A stretch of DNA of 63,126 nucleotides, the filler included, from Octopus bimaculoides (lineage: Eukaryota), in NCBI RefSeq assembly GCF_001194135.2. It is 5 parts of 5 records of this genome, joined end to end, with 100 filler letters (N's around TTAATTAATTAA, not from the genome) between each part and the next. Parts side by side here need not be neighbours in the genome. Positions count along the whole stretch, not along the records: positions 44,528 to 59,350 come from NC_068993.1; positions 59,451 to 63,126 come from NW_026300005.1; 3 more parts are not named here. One strand, 5' to 3'. Each line of letters begins with the position of its first letter. The first letter of the stretch is position 1. The notes beneath the pieces are model-generated. The model was not told the DNA's origin and did not search any database. It saw only the letters and a list, made by a program, of their open reading frames with translations. Shown piece after piece: positions 52,770 through 63,126 of the stretch. A program made the translations under genes and the position numbers.

Positions 52770-52965
52770 ACTACGTTATGGTCCCAGCTGATGCGATCAA
52801 CGGAACAGCTTACTCGTGAAATTAACGTGCAATGGCTGAGTAATCCACAGACACGTGTACTCCTAACGTAGCTGCCAGGGAGATTCAGCGCGATACAGAG
52901 TGTGACAAGGCTGGCCCTTTGAATTACAGGTACAACTCATTTTTGCCAGCTGAGTGGACTGGAGC
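52770..52965 (-). mobile_element. SINE family C, 3' part
   Basis: GATCAACGGAACAGC..CTCGTGAAATTAACGTGCAA..GCTGAGTGGACTGGAGCA. Confidence 0.8.
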
Positions 52966-53660
52966 ACAGAGAAAGGAGAGAAAGGGGACAGAGAAAGGAC
53001 CCTTCATCAGTTGTCGACTGTCTATCTACTTCTCATTTCGAGCATTCAGCGACAATATGAGTCTTCAAAGACAGTTGCTCCCGTAAATTCTAAAATAAAA
53101 TTTAGGATTTATGGACGATCAAAGTTGGGAACAAAAAAAAAATGACAGTGGAGACATACAAAGAAGCCGAACGAAAACAAACATAGAGGGGGGTCATTAG
53201 ACCAGAACGGGAGGGAAATAAAGATGGACGATGGTCACGTGTGAGCAACGAGAGAGAGAGAGAGAGAGAAGAGAGAAAGAAAGAGATAGAGATAGAAAAC
53301 GGTGAAGGAGGGAGGGGGAGAAAAGGGAATTAGAGAAGGATAGAAGAAGAAAACAGTAGCGAGTACAGAATGGAATCAAAAAGGTGAAGATAAACATACT
53401 TGAAAATAGATGCACCGCGTTCAGTTAAATAATAAATAATATATATATATATATATATATAAAGGCGGTGCTCCAGCATGGCCACAGTCAAAAGACTGAA
53501 ACAAGTAAAAGAGTAAAAGAGTATACACACATGCATATATAGGTACAGGATGTCACCAACGGTGCAAATAACATGAAGTACGTAAACAACGAGATAAAAA
53601 TGGAAAACAGGACAAGTTAACACAGAGAAAGGACCCTTCATTAGTTGTCTACTGTCTATA

Positions 53661-53882
53661 TAGGCGCAGGAGTGGCCATAGGTGCAAGAGTGGCCATAGG
53701 CGCAGGAGTAGCTATAGGCGCAGGTGTGGCTGTGTGGTAAGTTGCTTGCTTACCAACCACATGGTTCTGGGTTCAGTCCCGCTGCGTGGCACCTTGGGTC
53801 AGTGTCTTCTACTATAGCATCGTGTCGACCAAAGCCTTGTGAGAGGATTTGGTAGACGGAAACTGAAAGAAGCCCGTCGTAA

Positions 53883-53917
<35 letters not shown>

Positions 53918-54070
53918 TTTTTCCAACTTGACAACCGATGCTGGTGCGTTTACGTCCCCGTAACTTAGCGATTCGACAAAATAACCGATAGAATAAGTAC
54001 TAGGCTTACAAAGAATAGGTTCTGGGGTCGATTTGTTCGACTAAAGGCGGTGCTCCACAATAAAAGAATA
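53661..54070 (+). mobile_element. SINE family A with reiterated 18-bp 5' end
   Basis: TAGGCGCAGGAGTGGCCA-type unit three times before the true head. Confidence 0.9.
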
Positions 54071-54222
54071 TGTTTGTTTGTGTGTGTATGTGTGTGTGTA
54101 TGTTTGTATGTGTGTATATATGTACGTGTGTGTATGAAAGGGGCGATCGGACGAACTAAACGGATCAGTCTTTCTCTCTCTTTCCCTCTCTCTTTCCCTC
54201 TCTCTCCTCTCTCCTCTCTCTC

Positions 54223-54254
<32 letters not shown>

Positions 54255-54906
54255 CTTCTGTCGTATTTCCTCCCTACACATATGGCATCAACAATTTCTC
54301 AATCTCTTTGCCCGTCTTTCTCTTATTTTTATGGATACACTTCGTAACTTTCTATACTTCACTTTTTCACGTAACACCAGACAGGCTGGTTGATAGACTC
54401 ACGAACAGGCAGACAAATGAGACAGACAGACAGGCAGACAGATTGACAAATAGACAGATATATAGATATTTCTTTGGTACTACGCATGCGTACCCCTTCG
54501 TCACTCGCGCGTACATACTCAGATACATACACACGCATACACGCTTACAAGTGCTCACTGTTACGAACTGTCTTCTCTGTTTCTCTCTCGAACCCCCCCC
54601 CCTTTTTTTTCTAACACATATATGCACACACGCAGCGACACACGCGAACGAACTCACGTAAAATACACACACACACACACACAAACTCACGCACGCGCAC
54701 ACGCACACAAAGACACTCACACATACACAGGTACATTAACTCTCTTCCACTCATGTTCTCATATATGTGTGTATGTTTGCAGGCGTATACGCTCACGTCT
54801 TAGCCCATACACGCACTGTATACTAACATAAACACACACACATAGACACACACACACGTATATTTATATATATGTATACATCATATACACACACTTGCAC
54901 TGACGA

Positions 54907-54947
<41 letters not shown>

Positions 54948-55132
54948 GATANNNNNNNNNNNNNNNNNNNNNNNNNNNNNNNNNNNNNNNNNNNNNNNNN
55001 ATATCTTTTATTCATCCTGTCTCTCTCTTTCTCTCTGTGTCTAACTGTCGTATATTTTCTCTATCTCTCTCTCTTTCCGTTTATCTATTTTTCTTTCTCC
55101 CTCTACTCATTATCTGTCTATCTGTCTGTCTG

Positions 55133-55164
<32 letters not shown>

Positions 55165-55170
55165 ACTGTT

Positions 55171-55221
<51 letters not shown>

Positions 55222-55314
55222 CCTTCTCTCTCTCTCTCTGCCTCTGTCACTGTCTGTCTTTCTCTATGTCTCTCTCTCTCTCTCTCTCTCCAGAAACTCT
55301 TTCTTATATGTGTA

Positions 55315-55440
55315 ATCTCCCACGTCAGGAAACCTAACTCCGCCACCCCTCACGTAATGATTGGTCACATGACTGGCGTAGTACGTACTCTAACATTACT
55401 CGCGTCAACAGCGCATCTCTTTTAAATATAATAAACTGTT
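55315..55440 (+). promoter_or_regulatory. Promoter-like motif cluster
   Basis: CACGTCA, CCGCCACCC, TGATTGG (CCAAT), GTCACATGAC and TATATAA within ~120 bp of CpG-rich unique sequence. Confidence 0.3.
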
Positions 55441-55733
55441 GCTGTTATGACGACAACGACGACGACATGATGGTGCTGTTGTTATTGACGATGATGATGA
55501 TAATGATGATGATTGTCCCGCGATTTACTCCTCTCTTGTCTATCTTTTTAATTTCCTTTCTCGATTGAGCTGAGGAAGCTTCTATGTGATGGCTGCATCT
55601 GCTGAAATAGCAGCAAAATCACCCTCATATCATATTTTAGTGTCGTACAAAAAGAGAAATCAAATATTGTCCTCCATATTTTTGGTAAATGATGATGATG
55701 ACGATGATGACGACGACGACGATGATGATGATA

Positions 55734-55765
<32 letters not shown>

Positions 55766-55888
55766 CCTACATAAGCCTTCACCACAGAAAGCAAATCATC
55801 TGTGTGGGTAGTGTAATTGTTACAATATAAGATGTCAGGCCTTCATACATTGAATCTCATGAGAGAATTGACAATATACGCGCGCGCG

Positions 55889-55919
<31 letters not shown>

Positions 55920-56020
55920 GCGCGCACACACATACACACACGCGTGTGTGTGTGTGTGTATACATGCATATATATATACATAAATAAAAATATATATACA
56001 CGCATATACACATCTATCTA

Positions 56021-56053
<33 letters not shown>

Positions 56054-56134
56054 TCTCCCGTGTGATCCTTCGTCCGGCATTCGCCATGATAGATCGCTGA
56101 CCACTACACATATATATTTTTTCTCTCCTTGTTT

Positions 56135-56170
56135 GTTTTTGTTGAAGAGCGTAGGCTCGAAACGTTAAAG
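56135..56170 (+). ncRNA. Minimal hammerhead-like variant
   Basis: tttt-TTGTTGA-a-GAGC-gtag-GCTC-GAAACGTT-aaag. Confidence 0.3.
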
Positions 56171-56257
56171 ACTTTATCTGTTCCCGAGCGTTATACTAAC
56201 ACATCCATTTGTTGTTTACACCACACACGTATGTACTTGTGAGATATCTATCTCTCC

Positions 56258-56393
56258 ACCCTGAAGACGGAGGCCGGATTTACTCAATGTTTGTATGCTT
56301 CCACTACTGGTTGAATATTCTTGACTTTTTGCATCGAATTACATCTGCCAAAGTTATAACGTAATTCCGAATTCCCCGAAACAGCTGTCGGAC
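56258..56393 (+). ncRNA. Type I hammerhead-like motif with 110-nt helix II region (GUC site)
   Basis: cc-CTGAAGA (56261-56267)...cccc-GAAA-CAGCTG-TC-gg. Helix III is the palindrome ACAGCTGT; helix I only 2 bp. Confidence 0.45.
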
Positions 56394-56904
56394 CTGTAAT
56401 ACTATACAGTTCTCCCCCTTAATTTTTTGAGTTTTTGTACCTAATGTAAGTCTACTCTGTTAATATGTAAATATTTATAGATTTATACATGAATGTTCAT
56501 CGTCTGAATATTTTCGGTTTTTTATTTTCTCCTTATTTACATGTATATTTGTATGTATATTTTATATATCTAGCCCAAGCGATTTCATTGGTTTATTTGT
56601 ATTGTTATCTCCGTATACGCTTGTGATACACTAGTATGCACACACGCATTCCTCCATTACTATGTTGACTATGAAATTAAAAAAAGAAAACTTTTAGCTT
56701 TAATAATCCTATTTGATTGCAATTTTGATTCAATTAAATATTTCATTTCATATTAATTTTTATAGCGACAAGAGCAGAACGATGGTTTAGGTTAGCGGGA
56801 ATGGCGGGGGTCTCTCTTATCAGTAATTGTGGTGATGTTACTCGAGTAGTCTTCACTCGTGTATTGTTGATTGTAATACTGCTGCTACTGTTATAGCCGT
56901 TGCT

Positions 56905-56933
56905 GATAATGATGATGATGGAAATGATGATGA

Positions 56934-57030
<97 letters not shown>

Positions 57031-57360
57031 GGGCGGAAGAGGAGGAGGAGGAGGAGAGAAGAAGAAGAAGAAGAAGAAGAAGAAGAAGGGGATGAGGAGG
57101 AGGAGGAAGAAAAAGAAGAAGAAGGGGAGGAGGAGGAAGAAGAAGAAGAAGAAGAAGAAGAAGAAGAAGAAGAAGAAGAAGAAGAAGAAGAAGAAGAAGA
57201 AGAAGAAGAAGAAGAAGAAGAAGAAGGGGAGGAGGAGGAGGAAAAAGAAGAAGAAGAAGAAGAAGAAGAAGAAGAAGAAGAAGAAGAAGAAGAAGAAGAA
57301 GAAGAAGAAGAAGAAGAAGAAGAAGAAGAAGAAGAAGACGATGACGACGATGATGATGAT
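56905..57360. repeat. Compound (GAT)n/(GAC)n/(GGA)n/(GAA)n triplet array
   Basis: Direct tandem triplets. Confidence 0.95.
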
Positions 57361-57599
57361 TAGTATAACAGAAATGTTACGTTAAAATTTGGCAAAAATT
57401 TAAACCAGAAAAATAATGCAATTAACTTGGTTTTTTTTTTTCTCTCTTTTTAAAAAATTTAAGTATGTTTTTTCACTTTACTTTTCATCTTTCATCATTA
57501 TAGATACCAAGAACGAGCTGAGTACCGAAGTCTATTAAGCTCCTTATACCCTCCCCACCCCCACATTTAAAACCATGTAAGAATTTAATAATAATTATT

Positions 57600-58030
57600 T
57601 TAGGTGGCGAACTGGCAGAATCGTTAGCACGTCGGACGAAATTCTCAGCAGCATTTCTTCTGGCTCTTTACATTTTGAGTTCAAATTCTGCCGAGGTCGA
57701 CTTTGCCTTTCATCTCTTCGAAGTTTGTGAATTAAGTATTAGTTAAGCACTTGGAGTTAATGTAATCGACTTACCTTCCACCCTACCAAATTGCGGGCTT
57801 TGTGCCAAAATTGGAAGTCATTATTATTAAGGCGGTGAGCTGGTAGAATCGTGAATATACCGAACAAAATGCTTAGCGGCATTTCATTCGTCTTTACTTT
57901 CTAAATTCAAATTCCGCCGAGGTCGGCCTTGCTTTTCATCCTTTCGGGGTTGAGTACTGGGGGTCGATGTAATCAAACTAGCCCCTTTACTCCCCGAATT
58001 TCAGGCCTTGTGCCTATACTAGAAAGGATT
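57600..58030 (+). mobile_element. Two head-to-tail SINE family B copies
   Basis: Heads at ~57602 and ~57830. Confidence 0.85.
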
Positions 58031-58129
58031 ATTATTGTGATGCTTGTGATGCTCCGAGCGATGCTGTCCACCCTGAGAGCGAATAGGAGAGCGCGCGATG
58101 GATCATCGCCCCGTTGAACGCCGGTCGAA

Positions 58130-58350
58130 GATGGTATGATCTTATCTATGCTGAGGGTCGTGCTGAAGGAGGGCGGAGGGTGAAAAAAGTCAGACAGTGA
58201 AAATCCTGGTCAGACGACATCAAGGACTGGACAGGTCACAGCACAACGATCCTGCTACGCATGACAGAGAACTGAGAGTAATGGCGACCGCTGACAGCAA
58301 AAGCCTCTGGAGTAGCACCCAACGACTGACTGCAACAGTTAAGGGAACTT
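58130..58350 (+). pseudogene. RTE-clade LINE 3' end remnant
   Basis: KSWSDDIKDWTGHSTTILLRMTEN..WR.L..ASGVAP resembles the RTE C-terminus. Confidence 0.65.
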
Positions 58351-58479
58351 GATATTGATAGTTGACACTTGACATAAACCATTGGTTTTCAACCGGCGTC
58401 CATATGGCCCATGAAGGCCCATATAAGAGTAAATTGATGATCCACAATAATATTTTAGGGACTCCTGAAAATCTTTTGC

Positions 58480-58635
58480 TTTAGGGGCACTTCTCAATTT
58501 CTACAGCTGAGTGGACTGGAGCAACGTGAAATAAAGTGCCTTGCTCAAGGACACATCGTGCCTTGACATATCGCGCCCCAAGAGAATCGAACTCATGAGC
58601 TAATGATCGTGAGCCGAACACTCTAACCACTAAGC
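58480..58635 (-). mobile_element. SINE family C, 5' part (CORE-like)
   Basis: GCTGAGTGGACTGGAGCAACGTGAAATAAAGTGCCTTGCTCAAGG..GAATCGAAC..CTAACCACTAAGCC. Confidence 0.75.
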
Positions 58636-58793
58636 CCCCCCCACACACACACACACACACAACATGGTGGCTGTTTACGTGCTATCATCGAATACATACA
58701 CGTTTTGCATCATAGTTTCTCGTAACGACGAAGACACAACGATATGACGCAGTCTCGCTGATGGCAGGGTAACAGACAGACAGAAACACAGAC

Positions 58794-58848
<55 letters not shown>

Positions 58849-58870
58849 TAGATAGATAGATAGATAGATG

Positions 58871-58940
<70 letters not shown>

Positions 58941-59175
58941 CAGAAAGGCAGGCAGACAGACAGGTAGGTAGGTAGATTGATAGACAGACAGACAGGCAGG
59001 CAGGCAGAGAATGAGAGATATTTTTACATACTCGCATATACGCTTACACGCGCGCGAATATGTGTGCCAGCTTGGTGAAGGCTAGTTAGGTCGAAACTTC
59101 GAAGTCACTACACATGTAAATGTATAATAAACACTAAAGATATATATAAGTATATATCCATCCATCCATCCATCC

Positions 59176-59241
<66 letters not shown>

Positions 59242-59245
59242 ATTG

Positions 59246-59350
59246 GGTGGGGCCCTGATCAATTTAGATCAATCGAAAGCTTTCGATAGGGTAGACCATC
59301 GATACTTGGAGGCCGTCCTCGAAGCGGCCGGCTTCGGTCCCATTTTCCGC
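59246..59350 (+). mobile_element. L1/Tx1-clade reverse transcriptase fragment, open up to a gap
   Basis: GGALINLDQSKAFDRVDHRYLEAVLEAAGFGPIFR contains the LDxxKAFDRV RT motif. Confidence 0.85.
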
Positions 59351-59489
59351 NNNNNNNNNNNNNNNNNNNNNNNNNNNNNNNNNNNNNNNNNNNNTTAATT
59401 AATTAANNNNNNNNNNNNNNNNNNNNNNNNNNNNNNNNNNNNNNNNNNNNCACACACACACACACACACACACATATGCACACAGGATG

Positions 59490-60125
59490 CGAGAGGTATT
59501 TGAAGTCATATATGTTAATTTGATCAAATATTCCGTATCAAGCAAAAAACCAAATATATTTCAATAAAGAATTGTTCTTATGTTTTTGATAAGCTTTCTG
59601 AGTTTATTCTATGAATCTGCCTTCAGTATCGATGTTTGCTTCAATGTGGTACTGGAATCGTTGACATGGGTTCAGTCCCACTGCGTGGCACCTTGGGCAA
59701 GTGTCTTCTACTATAGCCTCGGGCCGACCAAAGCCTTGTGAGTGGATTTGGTAGACGGAAACTGAAAGAAGCCTGTCGTATATGTATATATACATATATA
59801 TGTGTGTCTGTGTGTGTATGTGTTTGTGTGTCCGTGTTTGTGCCACCCCTAGCATCGCTTGACAACCGATGCTGGTGTGTTTACGTCCCCCGTAACTTAC
59901 CGGTTCGGCAAAAGAGCCCGATGGAATAAGTACTAGGCTTACACAGAATACGCTCAGGGGTCGATTTGCTCGACTAAAAACGGTGCTCCAGGATGGCCGC
60001 AGTCAAATGACTGAAACAAGTAAAAGATAAAAGATAAACGAAGCCTGAAGTTAATGGCCCCTTATTCAATTTCGGACATCACCTGAACAATGGCGACCTT
60101 CAGGGAAGCCATGGTATTTTGAGAT
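59490..60125 (-). pseudogene. Tc1/mariner 3' remnant split by SINE A (59667-60040, +)
   Basis: NTMASLKVAIVQVMSEIE (60125-60060) and QRFQYHIEANIDTEGRFIE* (59665-59604) join into one C-terminal motif. Confidence 0.55.
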
Positions 60126-60193
60126 TAACGATTACTTTGTCTTTCAGCAAAGCTCCTCATGTAGCAGTCATCGCTCCACATGTAGATAGTCAT

Positions 60194-60259
<66 letters not shown>

Positions 60260-61494
60260 GTCTGTCTATCTATCTACATGTATTTATACGCATGTATATA
60301 TACGCATACACGCACATGTATATATGTATTGATAAATGCGCACATACATATACTCACATACATACACACACACACATTTGTGTATGTGTGTATATATGTA
60401 TGTATGTATGCGTGTGTGTATATATGGATGTGTGTGTGTATGCCTTATACATGTCTGTATATATTGACAAGANNNNNNNNNNNNNNNNNNNNNNNNNNNN
60501 NNNNNNNNNNNNNNNNNNNNNNNNNNNNNNNNNNNNNNNNNNNNNNNNNNNNNNNNNNNNNNNNNNNNNNNNNNNNNNNNNNNNNNNNNNNNNNNNNNNN
60601 NNNNNNNNNNNNNNNNNNNNNNNNNNNNNNNNNNNNNNNNNNNNNNNNNNNNNNNNNNNNNNNNNNNNNNNNNNNNNNNNNNNNNNNNNNNNNNNNNNNN
60701 NNNNNNNNNNNNNNNNNNNNNNNNNNNNNNNNNNNNNNNNNNNNNNNNNNNNNNNNNNNNNNNNNNNNNNNNNNNNNNNNNNNNNNNNNNNNNNNNNNNN
60801 NNNNNNNNNNNNNNNNNNNNNNNNNNNNNNNNNNNNNNNNNNNNNNNNNNNNNNNNNNNNNNNNNNNNNNNNNNNNNNNNNNNNNNNNNNNNNNNNNNNN
60901 NNNNNNNNNNNNNNNNNNNNNNNNNNNNNNNNNNNNNNNNNNNNNNNNNNNNNNNNNNNNNNNNNNCAGACAGACACACACAGACAGACAGACACACAGA
61001 CAGATACACACACACACACACACACTCACACAGAGACAGACACACACATACAAACACACACACACACACAGACACACACAGACAGACAGACACACACAGA
61101 CAGACAGACACACAGACAGATACACACACACACACACACACTCACACAGAGACAGACACACACATACAAACACACACACACACATTCAAAATGAGGGGGT
61201 AAAAATCTATAGTAGTTCCACCTCTTATCCTGTTTGAACTCAGCATGGCAGATCGACGAAGCACTTGGTTTAAAAATAGTGCTCCCGCTGCTTACGGTAA
61301 TGAGTTCTTCGACGTCGGCCGCAAAATGCTTTATTTATTTATTTATTTTTGCGAGTTTTTGATCTTCTCATTTTAGCCTTAAACATGCGCAGTATTCGTC
61401 ATCAACAATATTGGTGCCATACATATTCATACTTTAGGCCTTGGGTTAATATACATGCCTACATATATGCATACACAATACACACATACATATA

Positions 61495-61975
61495 TAATAT
61501 ATGTGCCAGGGTGCCCCTTCTTCACAAAATCTACAGCGTCGGTTCACTTCCATACCTCATGTGTGCAGATTTATCGGTGTTACGAGTGTATCATACACCG
61601 ACCGTAGCAGGAAGGAGATGCGGAAAGGTTCCAGTCTTCATAGACGAGTGCTTGAGACCTTCCTTTTGGAGAGGTCCCATTTGGTCCAGGGTTTCTGAGA
61701 TACCAGTTCAACAGCTCTTGATCCTCCTTTTTGCTTGATCTTCCTTCTACTTGATCTTCCTTCTACTTGATCTTCCTTCTACTTGATCTTCCTTCTACAT
61801 GGACCATAGTTCTCCTCTCCTTTATATTTGTCTTCTTTCAGTGATCAAAATGTGAAAAAAGACCCCGAGACCCTGCCGTCGTCGACATGTAATTCCAATG
61901 GTATCTCGTACCATCAGTAGGCTTTCAGCTTGTGCGACTGTGGTGCTGGCTACTAGCATACGCCCATACGCCCAT
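61495..61975 (-). pseudogene. Hero/NeSL-like (R2 superfamily) retrotransposon fragment
   Basis: GRMLVASTTVAQAES..RQGLG and WTKWDLSKRK..RLEPFRISFLLRSVYDTL..NLH..CRFC, leading into a zinc knuckle. Confidence 0.8.
61734..61798. repeat. 16-bp tandem repeat x4 (CTTGATCTTCCTTCTA)
   Basis: Perfect units inside the LINE fragment. Confidence 0.95.
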
Positions 61976-62129
61976 ACATACATACATACATACATACATA
62001 CATACATACATACATACATACATACATAGCTATAGAGGTAAGAGAAGAAGATAGGTAGGTAGATAAATATATATTCGCTATGATAGATCGCTACACACAT
62101 TTTTTCTCTCCTTGTTTCTTTCTGTGTTC

Positions 62130-62165
62130 CTTTCTGTGGAAGAGCGTAGGCTCGAAACGTTAAAG
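62130..62165 (+). ncRNA. Minimal hammerhead-like variant
   Basis: cttt-CTGTGGA-a-GAGC-gtag-GCTC-GAAACGTT-aaag. All helices plausible, but core position A6 is U. Confidence 0.4.
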
Positions 62166-62253
62166 ACTTTTTCACTTCGCGAGCGTTATACTAATACAGC
62201 TATTTATTTTCTACACCACCTGTCTTCGTCTGTTGTTTTTTGTGAATTCTCCC

Positions 62254-62315
<62 letters not shown>

Positions 62316-62484
62316 AAGATAGATTGATAGATAGACAGACAAACAAATAGGTAAATACATACAAAGACAGACAGATAGATAGATACACAGAAAGACAGAC
62401 ATAGATAGATAGTAAAGAATTATATTCAATTTGAGTGTCTGCTACTATAAATTAATAGAAAAGCTGAGATATACACAACATATA

Positions 62485-62565
<81 letters not shown>

Positions 62566-63126
62566 GTATATGTTTGTGTGTGTGTATATATGTATATGTA
62601 TATATATATACACGCACACACAACATGTACAACTATATATACAACTGGCCATCGCTAAGTGACAGGCTATATAACGACACAATATGGAAGACAAACAATT
62701 ACATGCTGAAGATTGTGGCATTTACTGTAAGGCATTCCAAGTATGGTTTACCAAAAACATTGCTGGGCCTGTCAGTCTTTCAGAGAATTTCACACGCACG
62801 TCCGCACTACCGCATGCACACACATATACACACACATATACATACACATATACACACATACAGACAGGCACACAGACAGACACAGACACTCGCACACATA
62901 CGCAGAAACTGCATGCATACACATGTTAATATATATATATATACACACGTGTTTCTACGTAATATATCAGTAAATGTACGAATGCGCATATCTATATATA
63001 TATATATATATGTATGCATGTATATATGTGTGTGTGTATGTGTGTATGTGTGTATGTAGGAATGTATGTATATGTATATTTACATGTGTATATGTATGTA
63101 TATAAATATATATATCTAACTATATA

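Noticed and set aside
56900-57385. 161-aa poly-T/poly-K ORF and other YI/CV/HT/LS-repeat ORFs
   Set aside because: These are translations of microsatellites or run through N gaps; no coding signal.

Overview
AT-rich eukaryotic scaffold window, dense in microsatellites and broken by many N gaps. The SINE families and repeat load resemble a coleoid cephalopod (Octopus-like) genome; this is inference, not a database match. No host gene could be named. The window contains at least three tRNA-headed SINE families and decayed remnants of Tc1/mariner, hAT, piggyBac-like, RTE, R4/Dong, Hero/NeSL-like, L1/Tx1 and Penelope-like elements (PLE). The strongest unexplained signal is a set of type I hammerhead-ribozyme-like motifs (CUGANGA...GAAA...palindromic helix III...GUH) inside PLE-like repeats. 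Two are near-complete (20737-20828 and 22690-22793, both minus strand), one has a 110-nt helix II insert (56258-56393), two share a non-canonical CUGUNGA-type core, and three are degenerate or truncated. One of them sits in an inverted, circularly permuted ~600-nt unit carrying a PLE ORF N-terminus. Other signals: a CpG-depleted block bounded exactly by synthetic scaffold linkers, several long inverted repeats, and a few weak exon/ORF candidates. All alignments, folds and counts were done by eye; boundaries are approximate.
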